Assembly (NCBI RefSeq): GCF_030028105.1
Contig: NC_092400.1
Coordinates: forward strand, 20,274,001 to 20,338,000
DNA: 64,000 bases
Source: Mobula birostris
Lineage: Eukaryota
Reading direction: 5' to 3'
Part shown: piece after piece, positions 39,545 through 51,980 of the stretch
Layout: each line of letters opens with the position of its first letter
Numbering within the stretch: the first letter of the stretch is position 1
The notes under the pieces: generated by a model
Told to the model about the DNA's origin: nothing
The model's database searches: none
What the model saw: the letters and a program-made list of their open reading frames with translations, nothing else
Made by a program: the position numbers and the translations under genes

Positions 39545-39787
39545 CACAATCAAGTTTATTGTCACCAGCATGTGCTGTGAAATTTGTTAACTGAGCAGCA
39601 GCAGTACAATGCAGTACATGATAATATAGAAAGAAAACAAATAACCAAGTAAATCAATTATGCAGTGTATATAAGGTAGGCACTTCTGCTTTCCTGGATG
39701 CATCAAGGTAATTTAATCATTTATGAAGGTGACTTGGTTACCTTTGTAAGAGTTGACTTGTTTGTTAGATTTAATAAATAAGCATGT

Positions 39788-39818
<31 letters not shown>

Positions 39819-40275
39819 GATATGTATAATGAATAGATTAAAAGTAGTTCAAAACCAGAAATAATATGTATTAAGAAAAGAAAAAAAGTGAGGTAGTGTT
39901 CATGGGTTCAATGTCCATTTAGGAATCTGATGGCAGAAGGGAAGAAGCTGTTCCTGAATCACTGAGTGTGTGCCTTCAGGCTTCTGTACCTCCTACCTGA
40001 TGGTAACAATGAGAAGGGGGCATGTCCTGGGTGATGGGGGTCCTTAATAATAGACGCTGCCTTTCTGAGGCACTGCTCACTGAAGATGTCTTGCATACTA
40101 TAGAGGCTAGTATCCAAGATGAAGCTGACTAATTTTACAATTTTGTACCTTCTTTTGGTCATATGCACTAGCACCACCCCCCTCCCCCCACCATCACGTA
40201 CCAGACAGTGATGCAGCCTGTCAGAATGCTCTCCCATGGTACACTTATAGACGTTTTCGGGTGTCTTAGGTGACA
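39545..40275 (-). mobile_element. Rex1-like LINE 3' fragment containing an inserted duplication and (CA)n
   Basis: [25 protein letters not shown]; an opposite-orientation fragment lies at 39400-39545. Confidence 0.82.
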
Positions 40276-40463
40276 AACCGAATTATTGTGTGGCTGCTGC
40301 CCATGATTGGAGAACAAAGCACGAGAGGGAGTTCCAAAGTTTTCGGGCGTTTGTAAAGAAAGTTCTGATAAATCAGCCAGTGTGGGCTCTCTGAATAAAT
40401 ATAAGTTCATATCTGGCAAGTGCACTGAGAGCTTGTTCTCCTTTTTCTGCTTCTGCCCTTTAG

Positions 40464-40612
40464 GGCTGGTGTGTCCACCGACGGTAAAAGCATCTGAAAC
40501 AAAGGAATGGAAAGCTAAGGAGAATCGTGGCATGTTGCAGCAATTGTCACTCAGTCCACAGCTGAAAACGATACACATTCCCAGATCAATGGAGAAAGCC
40601 CCTTTTCTGCAG
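40464..40612 (+). CDS. FAM216A: FAM216A internal exon
   Basis: ...LQQLSLSPQLKTIHIPRSMEKAPFLQ resembles FAM216 'QTIHLSKSMMEASFFK'; polypyrimidine tract plus ag acceptor, CAG|gt donor. Confidence 0.82.
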
Positions 40613-40879
40613 GTGTCTATTCAATATAACAGTATGCTTCTAAAGCCAATATATGCAACAACTTCTTAATCCCAATAACTTGGAAATGTACTTGAGGGTT
40701 TGGGGCATTTTGCAAACATATGAGAGCAAGGGTGTGTGTGTATGTATACAGATATTTCCCAATCAATTGCTTAGAAATTGAAGGCAAATAAATGAAAGTT
40801 GTGTTAATGAAATTGCAATAAAAAAGATCTGCAGATGCAGGAAATCTAAAATAGGAACAGAAAATGCTCGGTAGGTAAC

Positions 40880-41395
40880 TGGTTTATTATTGTCACATGA
40901 CCTAAGATACAGCGAAAATTTTTGTTTTGTATGTCATCCATACATATCATACCAAACATAACCACACTGTAGTAGTACAAAAAACAAAGCAATAAAATTT
41001 TAAATATAATGTTTCTGATACACAGAAAGTGCAGTGTGGGTAGACAATAAGGTACAAGGGATAAGACAAGAAGATTGTGAAATCAAGAATTCTCCTTTAT
41101 TGCAGGCTGACCTTGAGCCTGTTGGTTCATGTTTTCAAACTTTTGTTATCTTTTGCCCAATGGAAGTGCGGAGAAGAGAGAGATTAGCCAGGGTGGGAAG
41201 TGTCTTTGATTACGCTAGTGGCTTTGCTGAGGCGACAGGAAGTGTAGTCAGTCAATGGAAGAGAGCCAGGTTTTCGTGATGAATGGGCTGTATCCACAGC
41301 CTTCTGCAATTACTTGCAGCCTTGGGCAGAACAGTTGCCATACCAAGCTGAAATGTGTCAGGAAGGATATTCATAAAAATAGGTGAGGGTCAGGC
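40880..41395 (-). mobile_element. Degenerate Rex-like LINE 3' fragment
   Basis: tttattattgtcaca tail region plus decayed RT terminus. Confidence 0.55.
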
Positions 41396-41572
41396 ATCTT
41401 TGGAAGGAAAAACATCTAACATTTCAGGTCAAGATATTTCTCACATTTTCTGTTTTTTTAAATTAATGAAGGATCTAACTTTGTTAACACGATGAGTGCT
41501 GCACTTTGGGGTCAGGATAAAGGTCTAGTCCTTACTATGGGTGCTGTTGACATACCAGTCTTTACTCCAAAA

Positions 41573-41645
41573 CAAGAGAAAATCTGCAGATGCTGGAAAT
41601 CTGAGCAACACACACAAATGCTGGAGCATTTTATGTGTGTTGCTC
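41573..41645. mobile_element. 73-bp fold-back PLE mini-insertion, 11-bp TSD
   Basis: TSD ttactccaaaa 41562-41572 / 41646-41656; internal inverted repeat. Confidence 0.8.
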
Positions 41646-41794
41646 TTACTCCAAAAGTTCCTTGGGTTGACATTTATTGAAAAAAAAAGATGCACACTTG
41701 CATGACAGCTCCTACAAGTTCAGGCTTTAGAATCATTGGAGGAGTTTTTAAAGTGTAGTTACCCTTGCGATATAAAATGCACAAAACTGACTTT

Positions 41795-42062
41795 CATCCG
41801 GAGTATTGCATACAGTTCTGATTGCCCCACGATGGGAAGGATGTTGAGGCTTTGGAGAGGGTGCAGAAGAGGTTTACCAGGATGCTGCCTGGTTTAGAGG
41901 GCATGTGCTATCATGAGAGGCTGGATGAACTTGGTTTGCCTGCTATGTGGTCAAGGTAAATACATTAGAGGCTTTTAGGAGATGTTCAGATAGGCACATG
42001 AATATGAGGAAGATGGAGGGATATGGACAGTGTGCTGTGCTCTACTGCCCTAGGTTCTATCA
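41795..42062 (+). mobile_element. CR1 fragment (internally deleted)
   Basis: EYCIQF...[20 protein letters not shown]. Confidence 0.8.
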
Positions 42063-43524
42063 TCTCTACCAACCTTCTGTTTTCCACTTGTTAATTCCTA
42101 CTCCAATAAGTTGTAAATCTTGTACAATAACTGCTTGTTGGGTAGTGTATCAAATGTGTTTTTTCTCTTCAAAAATCAGATATACATCTCAGTTAATTGT
42201 CAAACAAAAACGGCGTAGACTTGCAAGTGCTGATATCAGATAAACTGGCCTGTTCTCCCTCTCCTTCATCAGAGTTTATTGTCACGTGCACAAGTATATA
42301 TCTGTAAAAGTGCAATGAAAAACTTGTTTACAACAGCATCACGGGCACGGAGCATCATGTAAGCAACAGTCACAAGAAAAACTTAAGTTGAACAAACTTT
42401 ACAAGAATTTCTTAAACATCAAGGATACACTTGTCATATTCCAACCCATAAGGGCTCCTTTGTAATTAAAGGATTTTTTACAAGAGCAGAAGCTGTTAAA
42501 GGAATGAAATTAAAGGAATTGTTTTAAGAGCAAAATAGGTTCACCAACTCTGCAGCCACCCTTTTTAAAACCATTACTTTATGGTAAGTATTTTTGATGG
42601 AATGACATAGAAAATAAAGTAGGCTGTTAGTTGCACAATCTGAAAAATGTGTAATACAATTAAATTTCCAGCTCACTTCATATTCTGAACTTTTTCTAGG
42701 CTTGCTGAACGGCGTCATCCATTTTAATGAGCTTAGCAATGAATAACTCCTCTAACATAGTGATCCATTCAATGCTGTGCCTATCTCAATAGTAGTGTTA
42801 AACAAAACAAATAGACTTCATGCACTGTGTAAAGAAACTTAATGTATTCAATTATATTTTGGACAATCTTTTCTATGCTTATGTTCAATACATTTTGTAA
42901 AAATGTGTTGCAAGATTTGGTTAAAACACCTGGTACAGGAATTCACAACCTGGGGTCCACAGACTATTTTGTTAATGGTAAGGCTCCATGGCATAATAAA
43001 GGTTGGGTAAATTTATCTACGAAAGTACATGCAGACTGACATTTCTTAAAATGAATTCTGTACAAGGTCCTTTGAGAAATGAATAATGGCTCTGGTGAAG
43101 TCACTATTTGTAAAAATTTATGCTTATGTCAGCTTTGTTTCGGTGGGAATACTTCCTGAATTAGTGACTGTGAACTTAAAGCCAGTATAGAAACCGAACA
43201 CAGAGTCTGGCCTGACTCCTCGGTAGGTGCCAAAGGAGTGTTGCATCGAATGGGGGTGCCATCTTTCAGATATCAGGTGTATTTGCTCAGCTGGACATAC
43301 AAACTCTTCTGGCACTGGCTGTAGGGAAGAAAACTATCCAGGAATAAATCCTCAAACAACACCATAAAATAAATTAAATTGTCCTTAATCTCACTTTTTT
43401 TTTATTTTTGTGATCTACAAATTACATTGCAGTCAAAATGTTAACTGCTGATGCTCAAAAGTTATTTATTGGTTACCAAGTTTCTTGAAATGCATTGTGG
43501 ATGTAAAAGTATTAGTGATTAATA

Positions 43525-43808
43525 TTTATCTATTGCAGTACAGCACAGAACAAGCACTTCTGGCCCTTCAAGCTACACTGCCCAGTAACCTTCAGTTTAA
43601 TCCGAGCCTTATCATGGGACAATTTGCAATGACCAATTAACTTATCAATTGGTATGTCTTTGGACTGTGGGAGGAGGCTGGAGCACCTGGAAAAACCCAT
43701 AGGGTCACGGGAAGAGTGTACGAGCTCCTTACAAAGGGTGGTGGGAATTGAACCCGGGTCGCTGGTACTGTAAAACATCGTGCTAATTGATACGCTACTA
43801 TGCCGCCC
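43525..43808 (-). mobile_element. HE1-like V-SINE
   Basis: rc A/B boxes and V-domain. Confidence 0.85.
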
Positions 43809-44878
43809 CATTCAAATACTTAAGCTCGTGATTGTAATTTGCTCCGTTTCAGAAAAAGCTACAAAATAGTAACAGAATTAGTCAAACATAATTCCATTAT
43901 GCTTATTAAGTTATTGTTTCAGAATACGTTTGATGATTTGCTGAGAAGTGTGCAATTGTAAAACTTAAGTGAAGGACCAGATGTTCCTTTCAGGACTTGC
44001 TCCGTGGAGGGTCACATGACTAAAATAATTGTTTAATTGATGATTTTTGATGCCAAGTGCAATAGCTGGGGTTGAAAACCTGTGGAAATAGTGAATATCC
44101 TATAGCCTTTGTCTTTGTGAAATGAATGATTATGTCCTTCTGGTTTTGGCTTTAGCCAACTGTGGTTATAACGCCACCTCCAAATTGATTAACAATAACA
44201 GATGTCCATTGCTAGTGTACTGTATTTGAAGTGATGGGGTGATCAATTTAAGTATTTTTAAATAACCAAAGCATTCTTCCACTTTTGATTTTCATTCGCA
44301 TGATCGATGTTTAATTTGTAATTTGGTTCTCCTCGATGATAAACCAGCACCATTGGTCAAAAGAAAGAAGGGTAATATTGTCTGTTACGATACTGTTATA
44401 ATATTGTCTAATATTGTCCCCTATTACAACTTGATTCTTTCTTCAGAGTGATACTGAAACCAGTAAGTATCAAGAGTTGGATGGTCTATGCAAACACAGG
44501 CATTGTTGAAGTTGCATTCCTTCACGTGAGATGATAATACTACCCCTGCTGTTCTATGCTCTAGTTCGAATGGGGGCTCAGTAGATGCGAAACACTTTTG
44601 GACATTACTGAGAGAGACAAAGGTTTTTCATTTTATGCAATCACATTCATAAGGAAATAATGGTCAATAAGGAAGATTTCTGCCTTTATTTTTATTAGTG
44701 GATAACGGAACCTATACTTGTTCAATGTTACAGAATTTTAATCTGTGTATTAATTAAAATTTGATTAATTTGGGATTTGCTGCAACTGGTTTAATTTGTG
44801 TTCAGGCTAATAAGAATGGACAGATAGTTCTGAAAAGGAGTTATGAGTCCCTTTAGCATATTGTTGTTTATATTCCAG

Positions 44879-45005
44879 CACCCGAGCTTGAAAACAGGGC
44901 AGAAGCGATATCTATTTAGTATTGCTAACATCTATAGCACAGATCATATGCACAGGCTGATGGAGAGGCAATACATAAATATGCTGCAATGCCGCACAAA
45001 GCTTG
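44879..45005 (+). CDS. FAM216A: FAM216A conserved core exon
   Basis: HPSLKTGQKRYLFSIANIYSTDHMHRLMERQYINMLQ matches the FAM216 motif HPDLTxGQKRYLxSIAxIY; ccag acceptor, gtaagt donor. Confidence 0.92.
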
Positions 45006-45436
45006 GTAAGTAATGAACATGTGACAATTAAGAAGCATTTCCTGTGTTTTATATCAAAATTCAAACCAACTAATTTGAGGGGTTTTTTTGTACCCTGTTG
45101 TCTAAGTATACACTGAGCTTGATGTTTGTGCAACTGGAAAAGCAGAAAGCAGAAACATGAGAAGCAAGAAAGGTTCCAGTTGGTAAGGGGCAGAGACCAA
45201 GGTTCACGAACTTGTGTTCAAATCTATTAGTTGCACAGATGGGTAAATTAATTGTCTTTGATTTGTTGACCATTTAAGCTGATTGCTTTACTGTGCTTGA
45301 TCCTAATCTTGAAATTGCATGCAGTCTTAGTTAATCGTAAAAAATTTTGGGAGAGCTTTTAAAGTGTTTATTGTGAAGGATTGTGGCTTAGGAGCGGAGA
45401 TACAATGAATGCATTTTAATTCCATTTGATTTTAGT

Positions 45437-45660
45437 TTTATTTATTGAGATACAGTGCAGAATAGGCTGGCGACCGGCCTTTTAACCCTAACCGAAGGCC
45501 AATTAACCTCCTCACTAGTAGGTCTTTGGACTGTGGGAGGAAGCCAGAGCACCCGGAGAAAATCCACTCATTCCACAGGGAGGACATACAGAGGATGTTG
45601 GGATTGAACTCTGAAGCATGCAAGGAGCTGGTTGGATTCGAACCCGAGACCACTCACCAG
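45437..45660 (-). mobile_element. V-SINE fragment plus tRNA-SINE fragment
   Basis: tttggactgtgggaggaagccagagcacccggag; B-box ggattcgaaccc. Confidence 0.7.
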
Positions 45661-45731
45661 CCAGCTATGCTGGTTGGCACCTGGTTTTTTAACATGTACT
45701 CAATTAATTTGATTATGTTTTCTTATCTCAG

Positions 45732-45925
45732 GGTATATCACCTCACATCAATCTCAGAAATACTCTAATTATATCAGAAAGCAATCCCAGAAAGAAACTT
45801 GGAGGCAAAATAAGAGCAACAAGTCATCTACAGCTCAGAGCTCAGGGAAAGAGTCACCTATCTTGCAACCCGGAAAACCAATTTCTCTCCCCCTGCTGGG
45901 AGGTAGCAGTCAGAGGTCTGCATAG
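45732..45925 (+). CDS. FAM216A: FAM216A exon (reads to TAG at 45923-45925, or spliced at 45902)
   Basis: phase-1 acceptor tctcag; GYITSHQSQKYSNYIRKQSQKETWRQ resembles human GVLTHHRSRLSSRYSQKQHYPCTTWRHQ. Confidence 0.7.
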
Positions 45926-46574
45926 CTTACATTAATTTCATGTTTGTCTTTGCATCTTAATGAAAATTACAGCATAGAACCTGTGGACAATTAAGAACTA
46001 CAGGTTTTGAATATCTCAACTCTTTGTCTGATGTTCCAGATCTCAATTTCAACACTGCCGGCTGATTGAAAGGCAGAGTATCACCAAGTTGAGGCTTTTG
46101 CATGTAACACCCTCACATGCACCACGTTGTTAGTTGTTCAATTGATCTTGTAATCTATCTGATTGGTGGGGATTGAAGTATTTGTGAGTAGTATTGGCAT
46201 TTGGAATCCATGTCAACTCTTTATAGAACAAAACATACCTATTCTGCCTATCAATTAGTTACAGATGTGTAATTAAAAAGCTTTGTAATCAGAATTAGGG
46301 ACTATTTATTTTAGGATCTCTAGTTCTGACCAACCTGTTAATGAACTTTAAGTGTACTGCATATCCTCAACTGCTGGATCTTTGTCATAGAATTAACATG
46401 AGGTTCTATTAATCCATCTGAGAAAAAATTAACAATATCATTATTGTTAAGGATATTAATTAGGACAGCCACCCCATTACAGCATCACTGTTCCTCCTAA
46501 GGCAAACTACTACATGATTCTTACTCAAATAAACTCCAGGCAGAGAAATTGTGATTTAGTGAGTTTATGAAGAT

Positions 46575-47108
46575 AGGTGGAGGGGCAGTTAGTGTTGAGG
46601 GAGAAGGGAGTTTGCAAAAGGACAGACAGATTAAGAGAATGGGCAAAGAAGTGGCAGGTGGAATGTAAAGGAAGGCAGTATATCATAATGCACTTTGGTA
46701 GAAGGAATAAAGGTGTGGACTATTTTCAAAACAGGGAGAAAATTCAGACATCAGAGGTGCAAAGAGGTTTGAGAGTCCTCCTGCAGGATTTCCTAAAGGT
46801 TAACTTGCACATTCAGTCAGTGGTAAGGAAGGTAAATGCAATTTTAGCCTTCATGCCAAGAGAATGAGAATATAAAAGCAAGGTTGGTCAGAGGGTGGTG
46901 AATCTGTGGAATTCATTGCCACAGACAACTGTGTAGGCCAAGTCTTTGGGTATATTTAAAACAGAGGTTAATTGATTCTTGGTTGGTAAGAATGTCAAAG
47001 GTTATGGGGAGAAGGCAGTTGAGAGGGATAATTAATCATCCATGATTAAATGGCAGCAGACTTGATGGGCCAAATGGCCTAATTCTACTCCTACGTCTTA
47101 TGGTCTAT
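46575..47108 (+). mobile_element. CR1 LINE fragment
   Basis: DRLREWAKKWQVE..MHFGRRN; 3' end gggccaaatggcctaattct. Confidence 0.82.
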
Positions 47109-48416
47109 ATTGTGAAGAAACAAGAAGTCATGAAAAGTCAGGTAATGTTATATTTAAAAGAACTCACAAATTTTTATGTACATTTAATCGGCAAGTAAAG
47201 AGGAAAGTACAAAGTTCAAAGTAAATTTATTATCAAAGTACATATGCTGCTTTATACTACCCTGAGATTCATTTTCTTGCAGGCATTTACATGGAAAAAG
47301 AATACAATAGGATTTCATGGAAAAACTATACATAAACAAAGACGGACAAACAACCAAAGTGCAAAAGATGACAAACGGCAAATTAAAAAAATACTTGAGT
47401 TGTGAAGTGTCCTTGAAAATGTGTCTGGAGGTTGTAGAATTAGATTGCACCTGTAATATTAAGATATTAAGGTGGTCCCTGAGATTGACAGAATTTACTT
47501 CTATTCCAGATGGATTCAGACATGACGCTCATGGCCGATGAGAGCCACTCATTTTACAACACCTGAGACAACAGACGCTCCAGTAGATAGGTGGTAGTTT
47601 CCTGAGATAGTGCCCTCCTTTCACTGTTTACACCGGCTTCTCTGTGTATGGAAGAGGTTCTTAGTAACATCCTGTACATTCTTTCTCCTGTTTTGTGAGT
47701 CTGGTATTAGATGGGCAACTTAGCTTATCCAATCAAGCCAACAGTGCAATTCAGGACTCGATGCAGGTTATCCCACTGAATTTGGAGCATTTTACAGCAG
47801 TAATGAATTTTATGGTGCCGTATTTGCTAATGCAAGAATCAAAAGCTGACAGGAAGGCAGAGGTGCCTCAAGCTTTGCGCTGAGTTGATGTCTTGATCTC
47901 AGTTTCCAAAGGCTTAACAGTCACTAGATTTTGTCAAGATTCTACTTTATTGAGATAGTAAAACCAAACTATTCAAAATGAGTGGATCGCTGCACAACAC
48001 GTTACATGAATGCAAGGGCACCCTTCAGTGTGGTAAAGTTCTATGTGTTTCTGGTACTGTCATCACGGATCATACCTATAAAGGCTAGAGCATTTTGATT
48101 TTTCAGAAATACACAAGATATGGTGTAACAGAAATAAAGGAGTTGCATTGTTTCAAAGTTACAGGTTGTATTTTGGAACTTCAGCCATGGTTAAAGCAAC
48201 TAAGATCAGGTCCAAATGACATTTGAAAATGTAAGTAATCACTTAGTGCAAATGCAGTTATGTGAAAAGGTAAAAAAAAAAGTCCGAAATGGGTGATGCA
48301 TGCTAGATAGAAGCAGAAAATTCCCTCAAATCTGCCACATACGATGAAGTAATTTGCTTCAATGTATGTAGCAACCTGTCCAAATGGCTGACAAATCAAC
48401 ATACATGCGCTCGCAC

Positions 48417-48450
48417 TCGCTCTCTCGCGCGCGCGCACACACACACACAC
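48417..48450. repeat. Compound microsatellite (CT)n(CG)n(CA)n
   Basis: directly visible; alternating purine-pyrimidine tract. Confidence 0.85.
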
Positions 48451-49746
48451 GAACTAACATTAGTCAGAAGTTAATCCAAGTTGTCATTGCATCCCAAGTT
48501 TTTAAAAAATCAGCGTACAAATATGCCTTAGTTATTGCTTCCTTACCAGTACAAAACAGAAAAAAAGGGCTATCTGCTAATACATAGAGGTATATTAGTA
48601 CAAGTAGAAGGGTGGGGGAAGAGGAAGGTTACTGAACTGACTCGGGATTAATTTTCTAAAAGTAGTTAAAAATAATGGGTCATTTTTCAGTCCCTAGCAA
48701 AACATTCAACCGATATTGAAACACTTTAAAACCACAATCAACATCTAGGATATTCTCAACTGTAATGATTGACAGTACCTAGCATCTTAAAGAAATTCTC
48801 GCTTCCCACAAAACTTCCTGCAAAAGTTGGTAGCTAACAGTTCGTGAGTCTGAAGGTTTGTGTGGCAGAAATTATGCATTAATGTGGGGCTTCTCACTCT
48901 TTCTTTTCTCTTAAATTCAGTTCTCAGCTGGATGGTTATTGAACTAGGAACAGCTAAATATCAGTGAAGAAAAGTAGGAAAATTAAGATTATTTAACAGA
49001 TTTGTTCTTCATTGGTCCTGGTTGGTATCACTGCCAATCACCATTTTATCAAGTTCACACTTAGTTCTTGTAATAAATGTATTCTTTTAAACTGGACAAA
49101 ATGTTATATTTTTATTACGTGCAGTTTGAATGTATGCATCTATGGAAAAATTTAAACTGTAATATTTCTTTAGTCCTTACTGCCCAACTTAATGTTGATA
49201 CAACAGGAGATCAAGCAAATAACCAGATTCTCCATGTCATGTTTGAATAAATATTCCATGAATCAAAGATTGAAATGCAAAGAAAATTGAGTTCCCAAAG
49301 CATAACCTCAGAGCTCTTGAAACAGAAGTGACTTTTACATATTTGTACCAGAACATGAGTTTGTAAAGAAGTTGACTGGGAATATTTAAGACTGTACACT
49401 GCCAAACATCAGCAAATTCCAAGTTTCTGGTTACTTTTCCAACTAAATGCAGACCTAAATATAGGTCAGAAATGTCTGTTATGTGTAGATTTGGAGCCAT
49501 TTGAAGTACTACCAACAGAAACTCAGCAACATTCATAAATAGATGAGTTATTTCTTGATTGAACTGCTGAATTGATGTCTTAAAACAAAAAGGGCTGTCT
49601 GCAATTGACATTGATTTCACACACAATATGCATTTCAATAGCACTTTGTATATTTAAGATTTGTACATTAAGCTTCTCTATTCTCACACCTAATCTGTGC
49701 TACTACTTTGCTTTCATATGCAGTTTCAAAATCTATTTTCTTTCAG

Positions 49747-49808
49747 TGTTTAAGATGGAGAGTTCAAGATCAAATAAATTTACAAAAACAAATCTTCACA
49801 GAAAGTGA
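49747..49808 (+). CDS. Possible FAM216A terminal exon (VFKMESSRSNKFTKTNLHRK*)
   Basis: Strong acceptor tctattttctttcag, phase-compatible with a donor at 45902; no recognisable homology. Confidence 0.25.
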
Positions 49809-51039
49809 ACATTGGTGATCTTGGGTCTTCATCCAGCTTCTGATCAGCATCAAAATAGAATTCCAAATGGACACAAAGAAGAGGACTTGAAGCACAGTCA
49901 AGATGTAAACTACTCTCATAATCGGAGTGATTTCTTGTGATGCATTTTGGAGAACATCGCCTTGTTTTAATTCTAATTGTTACTGAACTTGAACTTTTCA
50001 ATCCCATATTAAATTTGGAAGATTTTACTGCCCCAAAAGATTTTTTTTTCCTATTTTGGCCCACTGATGAATTACAGCTCAGATTGTGAGTGATAATGAA
50101 AGAGAAATTAGTTAAGAAATACCCTGAATGTAACCATTAAGATTGTCACAAAACAATAAGCAATCAAGCTGTTTAATCAACAGGGGCAGCAAGTTTATTC
50201 AAATGCACAAACTCAAGCCCAGCATTCAAAGTTCATTTTGAATGCTCAAATATAAATTTTAAATTACCATAGTATAAAAGACATATTGATTTTCAAGATT
50301 ATTTTGTCATCAGATCCTCTCACGGTGCTTTCTACTGACAATTTTGTCCCCAGCAGGAATGAAGCTCATGGCAGCTTGCAGCTTCTTGACAGCCTCTACA
50401 ATATAGCATCCATCCTTTTAGGTTCAGAAACACCCAGCCCGAGGATGTCCTTGGGGCAGCCCACAAGCATCATACATGTTTCTAGAGTCAATACAGCACA
50501 CCCATCATGTTCAACAGAACCACACAAGGCAACAGCAAAATAAGCCCCTTTCCCACCCAACCATCCACTCCCTCACAGACAGACAGACCTGTAACCCCAG
50601 GACAGGCTGCCTTTGGGCTTCCTGTGTCTTAAGGTCAAGATGTTTGCACACAAATATTCCAATCTGTCCTAGTCGCTGGATTTTGATTTCAAATCAAAGT
50701 TCAAAGTAAGTTTTATTTTCAGAGTACATACATGTCACCACATACAACCCCGAGGTTCTTTTTCCTGTGGGCGTACTCAGCAAATCTATAGAACAGTAAA
50801 TATAACAAGATTCAGTGAAAGATCAAGTAGAGTGCAGAAGACAACAAACTGCAAATATAAATATAAATAAATAAATAGCAATAAATAAGGAGAGCATGAA
50901 AAAGCAATATAAACAGTCCTTAAAGTGAGATCATTGGTTGTGGCAACATCTCAATAGTCAGGTGAGTGTAGTTATCCTCTTTTGTTCTAGATCCTGACGG
51001 TTGAGGAGTAGTAACTTTTTTTGAACGCTTTTTGAACCT

Positions 51040-51460
51040 GGCCTCCAACCTGATGGCATGAACATTGACTTCTCTAACTTCTGCTAATGCCCCACCTCCC
51101 CCTCGTACCCCAGCCGGTATTTATTTATTTATATACACACATTCTCTCTCTCCTTTTTCTCCTTCTGACTATACCCCTTGCCCATCTTCTGGGCTTTTCC
51201 CCCCCTTCCCCCCGGACCTCCTGTCCCATGATCCTCTCATATCCCTTTTGCCAATCACCTGTCCAGCTCTTGGCTCCATCCCTCCCCCTCCTGTCTTCTC
51301 CTATCATTTTGGATCTCCCCCTCCCCCTTTCAAATCTCTTACTAGCTCTTCCTTCAGTTAGTCCTGATGAAGGGTCTCGGCCCGAAACGTCGACTGTACC
51401 TCTTTCTAGAGATGCTGCCTGGCCTGTTGCATTCACCAGCAACTTTGATGTGTGTTGCTT
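51040..51460 (+). mobile_element. Penelope-like element 3' fragment
   Basis: LQPDGMNIDFSNF end of GIY-YIG ORF, long pyrimidine tract, hammerhead motif. Confidence 0.82.
51360..51395 (+). ncRNA. Minimal type I hammerhead ribozyme motif (PLE-associated)
   Basis: AGUC-CUGAUGA-A-GGGU(CUCG)GCCC-GAAA-C-GUC/GACU: intact core, stems I and II, palindromic ACGU stem III. Confidence 0.75.
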
Positions 51461-51873
51461 GAGATCATGGAGGAGATGTTTTTGCCAATCTGAACTCACT
51501 GGTGTCTGCAAGTGAGGAAATCCTGGATCCAATTGCACAAGAGGTATTGAGGCCCAAGTCTTGGAGTTATTGATTAGTTTTCAGGGGATAATGGTATTCA
51601 ATGCTGAGCTATGATCGATAGAGCATCCTGATGTACGCATCTTTGCTGTCCAGATGTTCTAGGGTTGTGTGGGGAGTCAATGAGATGCCATCTGCTGTGG
51701 ACCTGTTGCTCCAGTAAATAATTGGAGTGGATCTAAGTCACCTCTCAGGCAGGAGCTGATATGCTTCATCATCAGCCACTCAAGACACTTCATCACTGTG
51801 GATGTAATTCCAACTGGCAGATACCATTCTCTTCTTGGGCACTGGTATGATTGAAGCAGGTGGGTACTACACA

Positions 51874-51980
51874 TTAACACGAGAAAGTGGTCCTAATGAA
51901 GAGCCTCGGCCTGAAACGTCGACTGTTTACTCTTTTCCATAGATATTGCCTGACCTGCCGAGTTCCTCCAGCATTTTACG
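51874..51980 (+). mobile_element. 107-bp PLE mini-insertion with mutated hammerhead, 12-bp TSD
   Basis: TSD gggtactacaca 51862-51873 / 51981-51992; CTAATGA...GAAACGTCGAC. Confidence 0.8.

Noticed and set aside
47510-47590. Exon-like segment (ccag|ATGG...AG|gt) downstream of the FAM216A core
   Set aside because: Stop codons in all three frames and no homology
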